A DNA stretch of 64,000 nucleotides from Bdellovibrionales bacterium (lineage in GTDB: Bacteria > Bdellovibrionota > Bdellovibrionia > Bdellovibrionales > UBA1609): the NCBI GenBank assembly GCA_965219095.1, contig OZ244719.1:642142-706141 (forward strand). The letters are read 5' to 3'. The notes below the pieces were generated by a model. The model was given only the letters and a program-made list of their open reading frames with translations. It was not told the origin of the DNA and searched no databases. A program made the position numbers and the translations under genes. This document shows positions 61,509 to 64,000 of the stretch, piece by piece (within the stretch, counting starts at the first letter, position 1; every line of letters starts with the position of its first letter).

Positions 61509-63980
61509 TGAACTTCCCCTGTTTTTGCGGACAGTCAATTTTCTCTTAAAGTCTCCATAAAATGGAGGTAAAAGAAAGAATGGAAAAAGTAAAACAGTAC
61601 TCGGAAGAGTTTAAAAAGCAAGCCATTGAATTGGCAGAGGAAATAGGTGCAAAGGAAGCCTCAGAGAAGCTAGGACTGAGAAATTTCCAAGTGATAAGCT
61701 CTTGGAAGCGTTTTCTAAAGCCTGAAGTAGAAAGACAAGCTTCCCATGACTTGGCTTCGGCATTGGAGGAAATAAAGAGGTTAAAAAAGGAGCTGGTCTA
61801 TGAGAGGCGGAGTGTAGGTATATTGAAAGAGGCAGCGGCTTTTTTTTCAAAGGAAATCCTGAAATGAGATTTAAGGCTATGTTTTATGTAAAAGAGAAAG
61901 GGCATCCAGTGCTTCGCATCTGCGAATTATTAAGAGGATCTCGTTCTGGTTTTTATAGTTTTTTAAAAACCAGGGGAAAGCTTGAAAAGGATAAAAATCT
62001 GGAGAAAAACATAGAATCTATTTTTAAAAAAAATAAAGGCTGTTATGGTTCCCCCAGGGTGTATAGGGAATTAAAGCGTTGCGGAGTGAGTGCTGGAGAA
62101 AACAAAGTAGCTCGAATTATGAAACTAAAGAATCTCAGTGCCCGTCAGAAAAAACCCTATGTTCCTAGAACAACAAAGAATAACCCTCTCATGATTAAGT
62201 CTCCTCGGTTGTTTAAGACAGGACAGAGCCAAGCAGGAAAAGAAAACCAGGTATGGTGTTCGGATTTAACCTATATTCCTTTTAGAGATAAATTTCTGTA
62301 TTTGGTTGTATTTTTAGATGTCTATAATCGAGAGATTAAGTCTTGGAAGCTCTGTGAGAGCTTGGACGGGGTTCATTCAAAACAGGCTCTGAGAGCCGCA
62401 GTCCAATCTGTTTCTGGGAACTTAGAGGGCTTGATAATCCACTCGGATCAAGGGGTTCAATATTGTTGTGAAGGGTTTAGAAAAGAATTGAAATTCTTTG
62501 GCCTCAAGCAATCTATGTCTAGGAAAGGAAATTGTTATGATAATGCGTTTGTGGAGAGCTTTTTCCATACGTTGAAGGATGAACTGGAATACAAAGACTG
62601 TACAACAAAGGAAGAGTTGGAGAAAAAAATTGCAATTTACATGGATTGGTATAACAAGGTAAGAATGCATTCTTCCTTGAAATACATGAGCCCAAAAGAA
62701 TTTAAACAAAGGAGGGCTTTAAGTGTAATAGTCGCAACTTAATCTGACACGTCTCGAAATGTCAAAGAGATGAAAAGAGGTTACCCTTTTAAATAAACAA
62801 TACCACCCCAAAGGGTGGAGAAAGGATAACAAAAATGACATATCAAGAAAGAATTATAAAATCAAAAGTAGGTCTTTTGCAATTAGCAGAAGAGTTAGGC
62901 AATGTATCTCAAGCTTGTAAGGTGATGGGCTTTTCAAGAGATACATTTTATCGTTACAAGACACTCAAAGAGGAAGGAGGTTTAGAATCATTAAGAGAGC
63001 AAAGTCGTAGAAAGCCTAATTTAAAAAACAGAGTTGATCAAACGACAGAAGAGGCTTGTTTAAGGATCGCTATAGAACTTCCTGCCTATGGACAGTTGAG
63101 AGCGTCCAATGAGTTAAGGAAAAAAGGAATTTTTATTTCTCCTGCAGGAGTTAGAGGGGTCTGGCTGAGAAATAATTTAGAGACTTTCAAAAAGCGTTTG
63201 AAAGCTTTAGAAAAGAAGTCTGCAGAGGAAGGCTTGGTTTTCACAGAGGAGCAGTTACAAGCCCTAGAGAAGAAGAAACAAGAGGATTTAGAGTGCGGAG
63301 AGGTAGAGACAGCTCATCCTGGTTATTTAGGCTCACAGGACACTTTTTATGTGGGAACTATGAAAGGTGTAGGACGTCTTTATCAACAAACCTTTGTGGA
63401 CACTTACTCAAAAGTTGCTTTCTGTAAGCTCTATAAAACGAAAACACCTATTACAGCAGCTGACCTTCTCAATGATAGAGTGTTTCCTTTTTTTGAAGAC
63501 CATGATGTGCCCCTGCTTCGTATGTTAACAGATAGGGGTACAGAGTTCTGTGGAGTTCAAGATCGTCACGATTATGAGCTTTATTTGGCTATCAATGATA
63601 TAGAGCACACAAAAACAAAGGCAAGACATCCTCAAACCAATGGCATCTGTGAAAGATTTCATAGAACAATTTTAGAGGAGTTTTATCAAGTGGAGTTTAG
63701 AAAAAAAGTGTACAAAAGCATAGAAGAGTTGCAGTCTGACCTTGACTTGTGGCTTGTGAAATATAATGAAAGGAGAACTCATCAGGGAAAAATGTGTTGT
63801 GGTCGAACACCTATGGAAACTTTCCTTGACGGAAAACAAAAAGTAAGGCAAAAGATGATTGAACAGAACGAAAACTGACAGACAGTTTTTTATCAACCCA
63901 GAAAGGGTAACTGTCAGATCATATAACGTCTATTACACTTTAAGAACATAAAAACTGTCCACTTTTTTGGGGGAAGATCA
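61509..63980 (+). mobile_element. IS3-family element (same as 26233-27483) with IS481 inserted near its right end
   Basis: TG...CA ends, TSD CTCC; OrfA 61562-61867 and OrfB 61864-62742 give the same proteins as copy 1 except the last residues. Confidence 0.95.
62724..63937 (+). mobile_element. IS481-family element, intact (transposase 62835-63878)
   Basis: TGT...ACA ends, TSD CTTTAAG; SQDTFYVG, TDRGTEFCG, PQTNGICERFH. Confidence 0.96.
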
Positions 63981-64000
63981 CTCCTCACTAATTCTAAAAT

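Overview
AT-rich bacterial chromosome segment. Gene content (bacterial topoisomerase VI, the divergent TIGR02049-type GshA, a tandem ArsA/Get3 pair, DUF3782-like protein) points to Bdellovibrionota; this is inference only. Housekeeping blocks are rplI, dnaB, a Fis-like gene, ftsK, tRNA-Glu and tRNA-Lys, dnaJ-dnaK, tig, gshA, phoD, oppBC-slt, radA, top6B-top6A-truA-rplM-rpsI and clpS. They are separated by a heavy load of insertion sequences (IS630, IS5, IS66, IS1634, IS3, ISL3, IS982, IS256, IS481), many nested with readable target-site duplications (TSDs), and by intergenic mosaics of short IS-end remnants. The best candidate for a new system is a coupled three-gene module (TIGR04255-like + unknown + HNH nuclease, 45636-47432) that looks like an undescribed defence or toxin system. 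Other notable items: 44-48-bp hairpin micro-elements built from single IS ends (one with a perfect 8-bp TSD), a covarying Y-shaped structure in the ISL3 leader, IS termini supplying stop codons of host genes, a BolA-GrxD read-through fusion, and a three-gene outer-membrane beta-barrel array with hypervariable loops. No CRISPR array or rRNA was seen. All calls come from reading the sequence; no database searches were run.
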